From contig NYSS01000005.1 of the NCBI GenBank assembly GCA_002683135.1, positions 35,473 to 99,472 on the forward strand: 64,000 nt of DNA. Reading direction: 5' to 3'. The DNA is from Planctomycetota bacterium (lineage in GTDB: Bacteria; Planctomycetota; GCA-002687715). This document shows positions 9,249-18,462 of the stretch, one piece after another. A model generated the notes under the pieces. That model saw only the letters and a list, made by a program, of their open reading frames with translations, was not told the DNA's origin and did not search any database. Every line of letters starts with the position of its first letter. The first letter of the stretch is position 1. The translations under genes and the position numbers were made by a program.

Positions 9249-11669
9249 CTATCGGTCGTCCCTGATGAGCTGAAGCTCGATCTCCCCGAAACCCGACCCC
9301 TTGCGCGCCTTGTTGTTCGTCTCGACGATGGTGAGCTCCAGGGAGCGGATCACCTTGGGGCCCGAGAACCGGAAGATCGTCTTGCGCCGGTTGTCCATGA
9401 TCATGTCGACGGTGCCGAGGGGCACGCGACCGTTGATCTTGACGGCCACCTTCGTCGGACGACTTCGGCCAGCGTCGCCATGTTGCGCGTGACAGAGCAC
9501 GAGGGCGTTCGCCCGGATGGGCTGCTCGGGCAGCAGCCTGATCTTCGGTTTCTTGTCGTCATCCTTTGCCAGCCAGCCCCGGATGGCGAGGCCGTCCACG
9601 GACTGGATCGAGCGCCAGTTGTTGTTGAACTCGCTGGAGGCGGTGGCGGCGACCTTGGTCTGGCGCAGGAGGTTGCGGGACGCGTCCGAAGCGTACGCCT
9701 CGTACTCCGCGTTCCTCACGTTCCACACGACCACGCGCACCGGATCCGACTTGAGAACGACCTTCGCCCCGGCGCCGCCCGGCTTGACGACCGTGGCCCG
9801 TGCCTGCAACCACCAACCACCAGGCTGTTTGAACGCGTGCTGCGCTGCGAGCGCGGCCTTGCCGTGGGGCGCAGCGGGGTCCCGACCAACGCGCTGGATC
9901 ACCTTCGCGCCCTTGAGGTCCTTGCGGCGACTGGCGACGTACTCGACCTTCTCGACGTGCAACCCCTTGCCCGTCTCCCCCGGCCACGCGTTCTCCTTGA
10001 GGGCCTTATCTCCGAAGCGGGATATCCACATCGCCAGGGGGCTGTCCCCGGACGCGCGCAGCGACACGGGCTTCTTGCGGTCCTCGTATCCGAACACCCG
10101 CGCACCCGACGCCTGGCCGCCGGTCACCGAACCGGTCGCCTTCGAGAGAAACAGGAGCGCGAAGCAGGTGTTCGTCGCCGTCTTGGACGCGCCCACGGGC
10201 CACGCGCCCTCCGTCGCCTGCTTGCCGACGAGCCAGCGCGCGCCCGCCCGATACCAATCGTGCGGGCCGAACCGGTCCTCCCCCGTGAGCCCCCCCGCGC
10301 GCTCGAGCCCATAGAGGTAGTAGTAAACCCACGTCTGGTTGGGCGCGAACATGTTGCTCGACGGCGAGAAGTAACGGCCGAGCCACTGGATGCCGCGCTT
10401 GATCGCGACGCTGACCTCGTTGTTCTTGCGACGCAGCTGAAGGTCGCAGATCGCCAGCGTTCCGATCCCGGCGGACGTCATGCTCCCCGTCGCGGTCGTG
10501 CCCGGTCGATAGCCGAACCCAGCCGGGGCATACGCGTTCTTCTCCGTCTCCCGCAGATGCCTGAGCGCACACGACGCCAGCTTGATCCATGCCCGTCGCG
10601 GAACCTTGTGCCCCTTGAGGGAGGCCATGTGCAGGGCCAGCGCGGCGTACTGCGTGTTGGACAAATCAACAGCGCCGCCGGGGTAACCCCAGCCCCCGCT
10701 CGATTTTTGAAACTGCAGGAGCTGGGCAACCAGGTCGCCGATCAACTCTTCATCCTCCGCCTTGCCCAGGGCCACGAAGGCGAGCAATTGACACGCGGTC
10801 GAGTAGGTCTTGGCCGGGCGATGGACGCGCAGGAACGCGGCAGCCTTGCGCACCGCCAGGTGCTTCTTGCTGACACCTGACTTCAGGAGGGTGTACAGCC
10901 CAAGAGCCGTGCAGCCGGTGGGGTAACCCGCCATGTAGTCGACGAAGGAGCCATCCAGGTACTGCTTCTGCATCAACCACTCGACGCCTCGATCGATCGC
11001 CTTGTTCACCTTGAGCTGGGTCTTCCCCCACGACTCACCGAGGCGCTTCATGCCGGCGACAGGATCGACACCGTCCGTAGCGGAGACGCGGAACCGGCCG
11101 AAGACGTGCTGGGACCCGAAGGCGAACGACAACGTCAGGCGGACGTGGACCTGCGCCTTCCACCGCGGAGGCGTCGCCGGCATGACCACCATCGTGTGGG
11201 GTTTGCCGAAGTGCGGCGAGATCGCCCACCCGGTGCGCGGAGAGGGATTGAGCGCGGCCGTCGCGGGGTAGCTCCCCTGAGCGAATGACGAGACGGCTCC
11301 GCCCAAGCGGGCGAGGCGGAAGCGGCCGGGCGAGAGTCGGGATGATGTCTCCAGCTTGACGTGAGTGAGGACGAAGTTGCCGTTCCGTGCGCGACCCGGC
11401 CCCTTCGCGGGCAGCTTGGGGTCGGGCAACGCCTCAATGCGAAGCCCGGTCAGCTCGGTGAGCGACGTCGTGCCCTCGATGACGATCGTGTCGACTTCCG
11501 GGTTCTTCCCCGAGACGCGCACGACACCCTCCGCGTCGACCTCAACGGTGGCCCCCTTCGCAGACGTAGCCTTGGAGGGCACCAGCGGGTGCCACTTCGG
11601 CGCCTGAGCGATGGCAGCGGAGGCGATCAGCAAAAGGGCAAGGAGTCGCATGAAGGCGACCATTATCAC
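9249..11669 (-). CDS. Large secreted protein with prenyltransferase/terpene-cyclase-like alpha-toroid repeats and a C-terminal discoidin-like domain
   Basis: Signal peptide (MRLLALLLIASAAIAQA). Central repeats of the type AIDRGVEWLMQKQYLDGSF, LLQFQKSSGGWGY, AIKRGIQWLGRYF and GARWLVGKQATEGAW. The C-terminal beta-rich domain ends in GFGEIELQL. Confidence 0.7.
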   Translation of the reverse strand: MIMVAFMRLLALLLIASAAIAQAPKWHPLVPSKATSAKGATVEVDAEGVVRVSGKNPEVDTIVIEGTTSLTELTGLRIEALPDPKLPAKGPGRARNGNFVLTHVKLETSSRLSPGRFRLARLGGAVSSFAQGSYPATAALNPSPRTGWAISPHFGKPHTMVVMPATPPRWKAQVHVRLTLSFAFGSQHVFGRFRVSATDGVDPVAGMKRLGESWGKTQLKVNKAIDRGVEWLMQKQYLDGSFVDYMAGYPTGCTALGLYTLLKSGVSKKHLAVRKAAAFLRVHRPAKTYSTACQLLAFVALGKAEDEELIGDLVAQLLQFQKSSGGWGYPGGAVDLSNTQYAALALHMASLKGHKVPRRAWIKLASCALRHLRETEKNAYAPAGFGYRPGTTATGSMTSAGIGTLAICDLQLRRKNNEVSVAIKRGIQWLGRYFSPSSNMFAPNQTWVYYYLYGLERAGGLTGEDRFGPHDWYRAGARWLVGKQATEGAWPVGASKTATNTCFALLFLSKATGSVTGGQASGARVFGYEDRKKPVSLRASGDSPLAMWISRFGDKALKENAWPGETGKGLHVEKVEYVASRRKDLKGAKVIQRVGRDPAAPHGKAALAAQHAFKQPGGWWLQARATVVKPGGAGAKVVLKSDPVRVVVWNVRNAEYEAYASDASRNLLRQTKVAATASSEFNNNWRSIQSVDGLAIRGWLAKDDDKKPKIRLLPEQPIRANALVLCHAQHGDAGRSRPTKVAVKINGRVPLGTVDMIMDNRRKTIFRFSGPKVIRSLELTIVETNNKARKGSGFGEIELQLIRDDR

Positions 11670-12947
11670 CTACTTCACGACCTCATGGGACCAGGCCTCG
11701 TAGCGCTCGATGGCCAGCGCATCCGTAGCGGCCTCCACCGGCGCAACCGCGAAGCGGAAGGCGAACGCCTGCCCCGGACTCCAGCGGCGCTGCACCCCGA
11801 GAATCACGATGCGGTCCCGCTCCTGGATGATCTGAATCTCCTCACTCGAGGTGGTTCGCTCGAGCATGAGGACGACGCCCGGGCCCGATGTCTCGGTGCG
11901 CATGAACGGCCACGCCCACGTGGCGTCAGAGCGAGAGCTCCCTTCAAGCGCCGCGCCCCGATCCGTGCCGCCATGAGCGAGCCCCTTCCCCACGGTCACC
12001 ATGGGCGAGGAGACCCAGGCGGGACGATCACGGGGCAAGCCACGGGCGCGCGCCATGAAGCGCAGAGGCAGGCTGGCCACGCGCTTGCCGGTGAGGGTGA
12101 CCGACAACGTCAGCGGGCCGGGGGTCTTCTTCTTCGGCGCGACGCCGCGGACAATGAAGTCTGACGCGCCATCCACGCTGCCCCTCGCGAGCCGCGCCGA
12201 TGACGCGACCGTGAGTCCATCGAGTCGCACCTCGCCCCCGCCGACATCGCTCCAGCCCTCTGCGCCCTTCGGGTGATCCTCACCATCGGCGCGCTCGAAG
12301 AACAACACGTGCTGCCAGGGTAGGTCGTCATGGGACCGCACGAGCTTCAGCCCGTTCGCTTTCGCCTCGCGAACAACCTGCTTTTTGCTCATCTTGTGCT
12401 CGGATTTGATGGGGACGTCGAGGTCCTCCTTGCGAAACTCCACAAACACGACGCGGCCCCCGGGCTTCAGCGCCTCCCGGACATGGCCGAGCACCCGCGC
12501 GGGATGGGAGATCTCGTGATAGACGTCGACCATCAGCACGAGGTCGACGCTTCGCGGCGGCAACCGGGGGTCAGTGGCCGTCGCGAGGATGGGCTCTATG
12601 CGCCCGAGCAGGTTCGCCTTCTTTGCGCGGCGCTTCAGCAACGCGAGCATCTCCGGCTGGATGTCGACGCAGAGGACCTTGCCCTTGTCCCCGACCATCT
12701 CCGCGAGCGGGAGCGCGTGGTACCCGTTACCGCAGCCCAGGTCGCACGCGACCTGCCCCGGCTTCACGTCGAGCACCTTCAAGAGCTCTGAGGTCCGCTC
12801 CTCCCGTTCGCGCTCCTTGCGGAGGAGCCAGTCGGCGCCGTGATACGACATCGTCGTGGCGATACGTCGGCCCTGATAGTGAACCGGAGTCCGCGCTTCT
12901 TGGCCGGCGACGACGCCGGCGAAGCAGAGGAGGAGAAAGACGCGCAT
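11670..12947 (-). CDS. Class I SAM-dependent methyltransferase with N-terminal signal/anchor peptide and a C-terminal domain of unknown function
   Basis: Start taken at MRVFLLLCFAGVVAGQ (ATG 12947; alternative ATG 12971). SAM motif VACDLGCGNGYHALPLA, LKPGGRVVFVEF. The long upstream part of ORF 11670..13358 is S/R-rich and antisense to the neighbouring gene. Confidence 0.7.
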   Translation of the reverse strand: MRVFLLLCFAGVVAGQEARTPVHYQGRRIATTMSYHGADWLLRKEREREERTSELLKVLDVKPGQVACDLGCGNGYHALPLAEMVGDKGKVLCVDIQPEMLALLKRRAKKANLLGRIEPILATATDPRLPPRSVDLVLMVDVYHEISHPARVLGHVREALKPGGRVVFVEFRKEDLDVPIKSEHKMSKKQVVREAKANGLKLVRSHDDLPWQHVLFFERADGEDHPKGAEGWSDVGGGEVRLDGLTVASSARLARGSVDGASDFIVRGVAPKKKTPGPLTLSVTLTGKRVASLPLRFMARARGLPRDRPAWVSSPMVTVGKGLAHGGTDRGAALEGSSRSDATWAWPFMRTETSGPGVVLMLERTTSSEEIQIIQERDRIVILGVQRRWSPGQAFAFRFAVAPVEAATDALAIERYEAWSHEVVK

Positions 12948-14241
12948 GCGAAAAGCGTACACTCTCTCCATGCGTCGCCCCCTCCTGGTGCTCGTATCCG
13001 TGATCCTCGCGCTGCCCGGGTACGGGCAGAAGCCGGATAAGGCGGCGCAAAAAGCGCTCCTGCGCGAGGCGCCACTGAAACAGCGGCTCGCCCGCGAGTG
13101 GCTCAACCTCGCCGCCATCAGCGTCGCCAAGGGATCGAAGACCACCGCCGCCTTCGCCCTCAAGCACGCCCGCCCCCTCGAACCTGAAGATCGCCTGCGG
13201 CTCGAATCGCTGGACCGTCGCGCCAAGGCCCTGGCGGCGGACGCACAGCCCGAAGACCCGGCCGTCACCAAGAAACGCGCGGTCGTCGTGCGCAACGTGT
13301 GTCGCACGCTCGACGAGCTCGCCCTCCTAGATGTGCCAGAGGATGACGAGGAGCGCATCGAAGGATGGCTCTGGATGGCCTACGTCCTGGACCCCGGGGG
13401 CGGCGCAAAGCGTGCGCGGATCCTGCGCAAGCTCTCCGACCGAGCCGTGGCCCAGGGACACCTTGATCGAGTGCGCCGCGTCCTCGATCGTGCCCCATCC
13501 CTCGACCCACAGGGCGCCGCACGCGACAAGTACCTGCCCGCCATGCGCGCGCAGGCGAAGCGAAGCCGGGTGAAGATCAGGGGCGACAAGCACGACATGG
13601 AGGCCTGGGTCCTGCTCCCGCGGTCATGGAGCGAAGACCGGACCTGGCCGGTCCTCGTCTATCTCGACGGCCCCGAGCAAGACTATTTGAAGGCCGCCCT
13701 CGACCTGCGCGACCTCATGGAGGACCGCCCCTACATCGTCGTCGTGCCGTTCATCCGCTCGAATCACAAGACTCTGGAGCCGGACTGGATCCCCGATGCC
13801 GGCGAAGATGTCGCCCCCAAGAGCTTGCTCGTCGAGCACGATGTCCCCGGTGTGAAGGCGATCATGAAAGAGGTGCGGCGCGCCTTCAAAGCGGAGAAGA
13901 CCTTCGCCATGTCCGGGTTCTCGGTAGGCGCGATGCTCAACTACTGGTGGCTGTTTCGGCGGCCGCAGGACCTGTGGGCCGCTGCCCCCGCGTCGGGGCA
14001 CTACTCGGACCGCTGCAGCCAGATGCCCGTCAAGCCGCGGGGGCAAGGTCCCGCTGTCCGCATCCTCGTGGGCGCCGCCGACGTGCGTGGCAAGTTCCGA
14101 CGCTGGCCCCAGAACGAGGCGGCCATCGCCGCCCTACAGAAGCTCGGTCACAGGCGGGTGGAGTACGTGAAGGTGGAGAACCGCGCGCACGAGCGGTTCA
14201 CCGATAAGGTCTTCGCGTTCATCGATGGTGTCCGGAAGTGA
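12946..14241 (+). CDS. Secreted alpha/beta-hydrolase (esterase/depolymerase-like) with helical N-terminal region
   Basis: Signal peptide MRRPLLVLVSVILALPGYG (the ATG at 12970 is the likelier start). WPVLVYLDGPEQ and the nucleophile elbow GFSVGA (GxSxG). Confidence 0.65.
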   Translation: MRKAYTLSMRRPLLVLVSVILALPGYGQKPDKAAQKALLREAPLKQRLAREWLNLAAISVAKGSKTTAAFALKHARPLEPEDRLRLESLDRRAKALAADAQPEDPAVTKKRAVVVRNVCRTLDELALLDVPEDDEERIEGWLWMAYVLDPGGGAKRARILRKLSDRAVAQGHLDRVRRVLDRAPSLDPQGAARDKYLPAMRAQAKRSRVKIRGDKHDMEAWVLLPRSWSEDRTWPVLVYLDGPEQDYLKAALDLRDLMEDRPYIVVVPFIRSNHKTLEPDWIPDAGEDVAPKSLLVEHDVPGVKAIMKEVRRAFKAEKTFAMSGFSVGAMLNYWWLFRRPQDLWAAAPASGHYSDRCSQMPVKPRGQGPAVRILVGAADVRGKFRRWPQNEAAIAALQKLGHRRVEYVKVENRAHERFTDKVFAFIDGVRK

Positions 14242-15423
14242 TCACCCCTCGGCGACGCGACGGTAGGCGTCGCGGAACGGGATGCCCTCTTCTATGACGA
14301 GCCGGTACGCCTCCTCGGTGGCGTAGAGGGATCTGTCCATGGCCGCCGCCGTACGCTCGGCGTCAAACCGGACATGGGGCAGCGCGTGGGCCATGACCGC
14401 GAGCGTGTCGCGGGTCGCGTCGAGGACGCGGAACAAGGGGGGCTTCACCAGCTGCAGGTCCCGGTGGTACCCGGACGTCATCTTGGACGTGATGGCGAGG
14501 ATCGACTGGAGATCGGCCGCCACCATCGCCGAGCGTGCGCGCACGAGCTCGAAGACATCCGGGTTTCGTTTCTGCGGCATGATCGAGCTGCCCGTCGTGA
14601 ACCCGTCGGGCAGACGCACAAATGCAAACTCCTGGGTCGCGAACAGGCACAGGTCCGCCGCGAGGCGGCCCAGGTCCTGCATCAGCAGCGCGCACTCGAA
14701 CGCGACCTGCGCCTCCGCCTTGCCTCGAGACAGCTGGACCGCGGTGACGGGAGCCTGAACCGGAAACCCCAGCGCCGCCGCCGCGACAGCGCGGTCGATG
14801 CCGAGCACCTCAGGGACGCCATAGCCCGCCGCCGAGCCCAGCGGGCTCTTGCGGATGCGCCGCCGCGCCGCGTCGAGCCCCTCCAGGTCATCGGTGAGCT
14901 CCGTGACGAAGCCGCCGGCCCAAAGCCCCACAGAGCTCGGCATCGCGCGCTGCTGGTGGGTGTAGCCGGGAAGCGGGACGGACGCCTGCGCCGCGCCCAA
15001 GCCCTCGAGCGCGGCGACCACACCTTGTCCCTGCGCCCGCAGCTCGGTGATCGCCTCATCGAGGAAGAGCCGGAGGGCGGCGAGCACCTGGTCATTCCGC
15101 GACCGGCCCAGGTGGATCTTCTTTCCGAGATCGCCGAGCCGCTCCGTGAGTCGCGTCTCGAGGGCCGTATGGCAATCCTCTTCCTCCCGCGAAATCGACC
15201 ACTCTCCCGACTCGTGCGTGAGGGCGAGTTGCTCCAGGGCCGCGGTCAGGGATCCGCACTCCTCTGCGGTGAGATGGCCGGCCTCCACCAAGCCCTGCGC
15301 GTGCGCGATGGACCCCTTGACGTCATACGGCACCAGGCGCCCGTCAAGGACGTGGTCATCGCCGACGGTATACCGCAGGACGAGATCATCCACCGGCTCC
15401 CCCTTGTCCCAGAGACGGCTCAT
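14242..15423 (-). CDS. argH: Argininosuccinate lyase
   Basis: SRLWDKG..., GYTHQQRAMPSSVG and GSSIMPQKRNPDVFELVR (fumarate-lyase signature). The ATG at 15423 overlaps the upstream stop (ATGA). The N-terminal 49 aa of the longest ORF were judged spurious. Confidence 0.9.
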   Translation of the reverse strand: MSRLWDKGEPVDDLVLRYTVGDDHVLDGRLVPYDVKGSIAHAQGLVEAGHLTAEECGSLTAALEQLALTHESGEWSISREEEDCHTALETRLTERLGDLGKKIHLGRSRNDQVLAALRLFLDEAITELRAQGQGVVAALEGLGAAQASVPLPGYTHQQRAMPSSVGLWAGGFVTELTDDLEGLDAARRRIRKSPLGSAAGYGVPEVLGIDRAVAAAALGFPVQAPVTAVQLSRGKAEAQVAFECALLMQDLGRLAADLCLFATQEFAFVRLPDGFTTGSSIMPQKRNPDVFELVRARSAMVAADLQSILAITSKMTSGYHRDLQLVKPPLFRVLDATRDTLAVMAHALPHVRFDAERTAAAMDRSLYATEEAYRLVIEEGIPFRDAYRRVAEG

Positions 15424-16496
15424 CGTGAGACCTCCGCGAAGCGCCGGATGAGCCCGGCGTAGAAGGCGTAGCCGTCCACGATCTCTGATTCGAGGACAAA
15501 CTCGTCCGCCGTGTGGGAGCGCTCCGTGCGCCCCGGACCGCATTTGATCGCGGGGACATCGGAGAACCAAACCATGTCCGACATCGTGCGCGACCCGTAG
15601 GTGTCGCCGTCAGGATGGGCGAGCTTCGCCGCCGTGATGACGGCAGCATCCTGCGGACACTCGCACGGGATCAGGCGCTCGGAGTGAACCCGCACGTCCC
15701 CCTCCACCCGCGCGCGCACGGCTGAGATGATGTCCGCGTGGGTGACACCTGGGACCGTACGCACATCGAGCCACGTGGTCGCCCGGTCCGGGACCATGTT
15801 GCGGCGATCGCCAGCCCGCGTGACCGTCGGCTCCAGGGTGGTCGGCCCGAGCGCAGCATGCTCACCGCCGAGGGCGACATCGTCCAGCGCGATGACGTCC
15901 CGTGCGAGGGCACGGATGGCGTTCCTCGCCCCCAGCGCCGCGGCATTGGCGGAGTGGCAGCCGTCTCCGGTCGCCGTCAGCTCGAGGATCAACAGCCCCT
16001 TCTGCGACGTAGCGATGTCCAGGTTGGTGGGTTCACCGACAACGGCGCTCGCCCCGGCGAAGCCCAGGCCTCGCAGGTGCGGCCACGAGATCTCCGCCCC
16101 CTTCCCTCCTGTCTCTTCCTCCGGGACCAGCAGGAGGGCGACCTCGCACGGGCCGCCATTCTCGAGGACGTCCAGGAACGCGAATGTCATGGCGGCGACG
16201 GACGCCTTCGCGTCATTGCTGCCGAGTCCGTAGATGCGGTCGTCTTCGCGATCCGCGGACCATGGGTCACGTGTCCACGCCTCCGTCGCTGGCACCGTGT
16301 CCAGGTGAGAGCACAGGATGAGCCGCGGGCCGGATCCGGCGCGCGCGATGACGTTGTCGCCGACACGCTCGACGGTGGCGCCCCGCTCGCTCAACCACTT
16401 CACCACGAGGTCGACGATCGGACCCTCTTCGTGCGACGGCGACGGCGTCGTCACGAGCTGCTCATGGAAACGAAGGAGCGAGGCGTGGTCGGTCAC
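15420..16496 (-). CDS. M20-family deacylase (ArgE-like; probably N-acyl-citrulline/ornithine deacylase)
   Basis: LILCSHLDTVP, GLGSNDAKASVAAM and VPEEETGGKG are M20 metal-binding motifs. Sits in the arg operon. The GTG start overlaps the argB stop (GTGA). Confidence 0.8.
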   Translation of the reverse strand: MTDHASLLRFHEQLVTTPSPSHEEGPIVDLVVKWLSERGATVERVGDNVIARAGSGPRLILCSHLDTVPATEAWTRDPWSADREDDRIYGLGSNDAKASVAAMTFAFLDVLENGGPCEVALLLVPEEETGGKGAEISWPHLRGLGFAGASAVVGEPTNLDIATSQKGLLILELTATGDGCHSANAAALGARNAIRALARDVIALDDVALGGEHAALGPTTLEPTVTRAGDRRNMVPDRATTWLDVRTVPGVTHADIISAVRARVEGDVRVHSERLIPCECPQDAAVITAAKLAHPDGDTYGSRTMSDMVWFSDVPAIKCGPGRTERSHTADEFVLESEIVDGYAFYAGLIRRFAEVSR

Positions 16497-17458
16497 GGTG
16501 CGTCCGTCTCCTTGTCCAGGAGTTGCTCGACGCGACTCGGCTTCTGCTCCTCGGCGGACAACTCCTGCGTGTCAAGCACGACGAGCGTCCCGCAGCCCTC
16601 GTTGGTGAACACCTCCGTCAGGAGTGAGTCCGTGATCTTGTAGGAGATCACGTGCACCCGGCTCACCCCCCCGTACAGCGCGTCCTTGATCGCGGTGACC
16701 TTGGGGAGCATGCCGTCGACGAGGGAGCCGCTTTCGTGCAGATCGTTGAGGCCATTGACGTCGGTGTAGGAGACGAGGGTCGCCGAGTCCGACCGATCCT
16801 CCAGAATGCCCGAGGCGCCGGTGACCAGGAGGAGCTTCTCCGCCTTCATCTCCTTCGCGATGCGCGCCGCGACCACGTCCGCGTTGATGTTGAGCACCTC
16901 ACCTGAATCGTCAGCCGAGAGCGGGCTGACCACAGGGACGAAGCGGTCGTCCAGGATGCGATCGAGCACGCCGACGTCGACCGAGACGATGTCGCCGACG
17001 TAGCCATAGTCGACGTCCCCCTCTCCGTCCACGTGCCGCGGCGGGCGCTTGCGCGCCCGCACCAGCCCGGCGTCGACACCGGAGAGGCCGAGCGCGGGGA
17101 TGCCAAGCTCGCGGCATACGGCAACGATCCCGGTGTTGACCGTCCCGTTGAGGGTCATGGTCGCGACGTCCCGGGTTCCTCCGTCGGTGACGCGCCGACC
17201 TTCCACCATGCGGGTTTCAATCCCGAGTCGACCCGCGAGCTCCGTAGCTTGCCCGCCGCCGCCGTGAACGAGGACGACGCGGATGCCGAGCTGATGCAGG
17301 ATGCCCACCTGCTCCATGATCGCGCGCGTCGTGGCCCGCTTCGTGAACACCTCGCCGCCAGCCTTGATGACAAACGTCCGGCCCTGGTACAGGCGCAGGT
17401 AGGGGACCGCCGCGCGGAGCGCGGCGACGGCGACATAGCGGTCGTGATCGGTGGTCAT
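16493..17458 (-). CDS. argB: Acetylglutamate kinase
   Basis: YLRLYQGRTFVIKAGGEV, VLVHGGG and NINADVVAARIA. The ATG at 17458 overlaps the argF' stop (ATGA). The 163-aa R/G-rich extension of the longest ORF was rejected. Confidence 0.9.
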   Translation of the reverse strand: MTTDHDRYVAVAALRAAVPYLRLYQGRTFVIKAGGEVFTKRATTRAIMEQVGILHQLGIRVVLVHGGGGQATELAGRLGIETRMVEGRRVTDGGTRDVATMTLNGTVNTGIVAVCRELGIPALGLSGVDAGLVRARKRPPRHVDGEGDVDYGYVGDIVSVDVGVLDRILDDRFVPVVSPLSADDSGEVLNINADVVAARIAKEMKAEKLLLVTGASGILEDRSDSATLVSYTDVNGLNDLHESGSLVDGMLPKVTAIKDALYGGVSRVHVISYKITDSLLTEVFTNEGCGTLVVLDTQELSAEEQKPSRVEQLLDKETDAP

Positions 17459-18462
17459 GTGGCTCTTCCTCCGAGCATCTCCAAAAGGACGGCCTTCTGA
17501 ACGTGTAGGCGATTGCCCGCCTGCTGCACGACCGCGCTGCGCGCGCCGTCGAGGATCTCGTCCGCGACGACGACGTTGCGCCGCACGGGTAGGCAATGCA
17601 TGAATCGAGCGTCGGTGCGCGCCGGACCGAACCACTCTTCGCTGACGCTCCAGCCACGCAGCCCGTCGCGGAGTCGCGCCTCCGCCTCGACCTCGCCATA
17701 CACCGACGGCGCCTGCCAGGACTTGGCGTACACAATGTGCGCCCCCTCCATCGCCTCGGCTCGATCGTCGGTCTCTCGCACGGACCCGCCGGAGAAGGAC
17801 GCGGCCTGTGCGGCGGTCTCCATCACCTGCCCTGGGAGCCCGTACCCTTCGGGTCGGAGAACGGTCACGTCCATGCCGCGACGCGCGGCCATCGCCACCA
17901 CCGCGGCCGGTACGGCCAGCGGCAGAGGCCGAGGGTGGTAGGCCCACGATAAGACGAACTTGCCGTCACGCGGGACACCCAGATCGTCGAGCGTCTTCCA
18001 GTCGGCGAGCGCCTGACACGGGTGGTTCACCGCGGACTCGAGATTCACGAGCGGCACCGGTGACGCGGCAGCGATCGCGCTGAGGACGGGCTCGCCGAGG
18101 TCTGTCGCCAGGTCCTTGCCTTCCGCGAAACAGCGGACACCGAGAGCGTCAGCGTATTCCGCGAGGACCGGGATGCCTTCTTTCACGTGCTCGGCGTGGG
18201 CGCCGTCCATGACGACGCCGCCCCGGGTCTCGAAGCCCCAGCTCCCCTGGCCCGGGGTGATCACGAAGCTGCTCCCGCCCAGCTGCGCCATTCCGGCCTG
18301 AAAGGAGGCGAGGGTCCGCACCGAGGGATTCATGAACACCAGGCCGAGCACACGCCCGCGCAACGCATCGCTGACCGGGTCGCGCTGCAGAGCCGCCGCC
18401 GTCTCCAGCAACGAGGCGATCGCCTGATCGTCAAGTAGCTCTATATCGAGGAACCGGTTCAC
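17455..18462 (-). CDS. argF': N-acyl-L-ornithine carbamoyltransferase (AOTCase/SOTCase type, not classical OTCase)
   Basis: FMNPSVRTLASFQ replaces the OTCase STRTR motif. VVMDG..EH, ES..NHPCQ, YAKSW, HCLPVRRNV and GNRLHVQKA match my recollection of the Xanthomonas/Bacteroides acyl-ornithine enzymes. Confidence 0.8.
   Translation of the reverse strand: MNRFLDIELLDDQAIASLLETAAALQRDPVSDALRGRVLGLVFMNPSVRTLASFQAGMAQLGGSSFVITPGQGSWGFETRGGVVMDGAHAEHVKEGIPVLAEYADALGVRCFAEGKDLATDLGEPVLSAIAAASPVPLVNLESAVNHPCQALADWKTLDDLGVPRDGKFVLSWAYHPRPLPLAVPAAVVAMAARRGMDVTVLRPEGYGLPGQVMETAAQAASFSGGSVRETDDRAEAMEGAHIVYAKSWQAPSVYGEVEAEARLRDGLRGWSVSEEWFGPARTDARFMHCLPVRRNVVVADEILDGARSAVVQQAGNRLHVQKAVLLEMLGGRAT

Noticed and set aside
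17459-17947. Long N-terminal extensions appear on the longest-ORF versions of argB (to 17947), argH (to 15570), the X gene (to 21953), argG (to 23077), mglA (to 60628), the methyltransferase (to 13358) and the TPR gene (to 40830).
   Set aside because: The extensions are R/G/P-rich and overlap the preceding gene extensively. In each case an internal ATG or GTG gives a canonical family N-terminus and a 4-8-nt overlap with the upstream stop.
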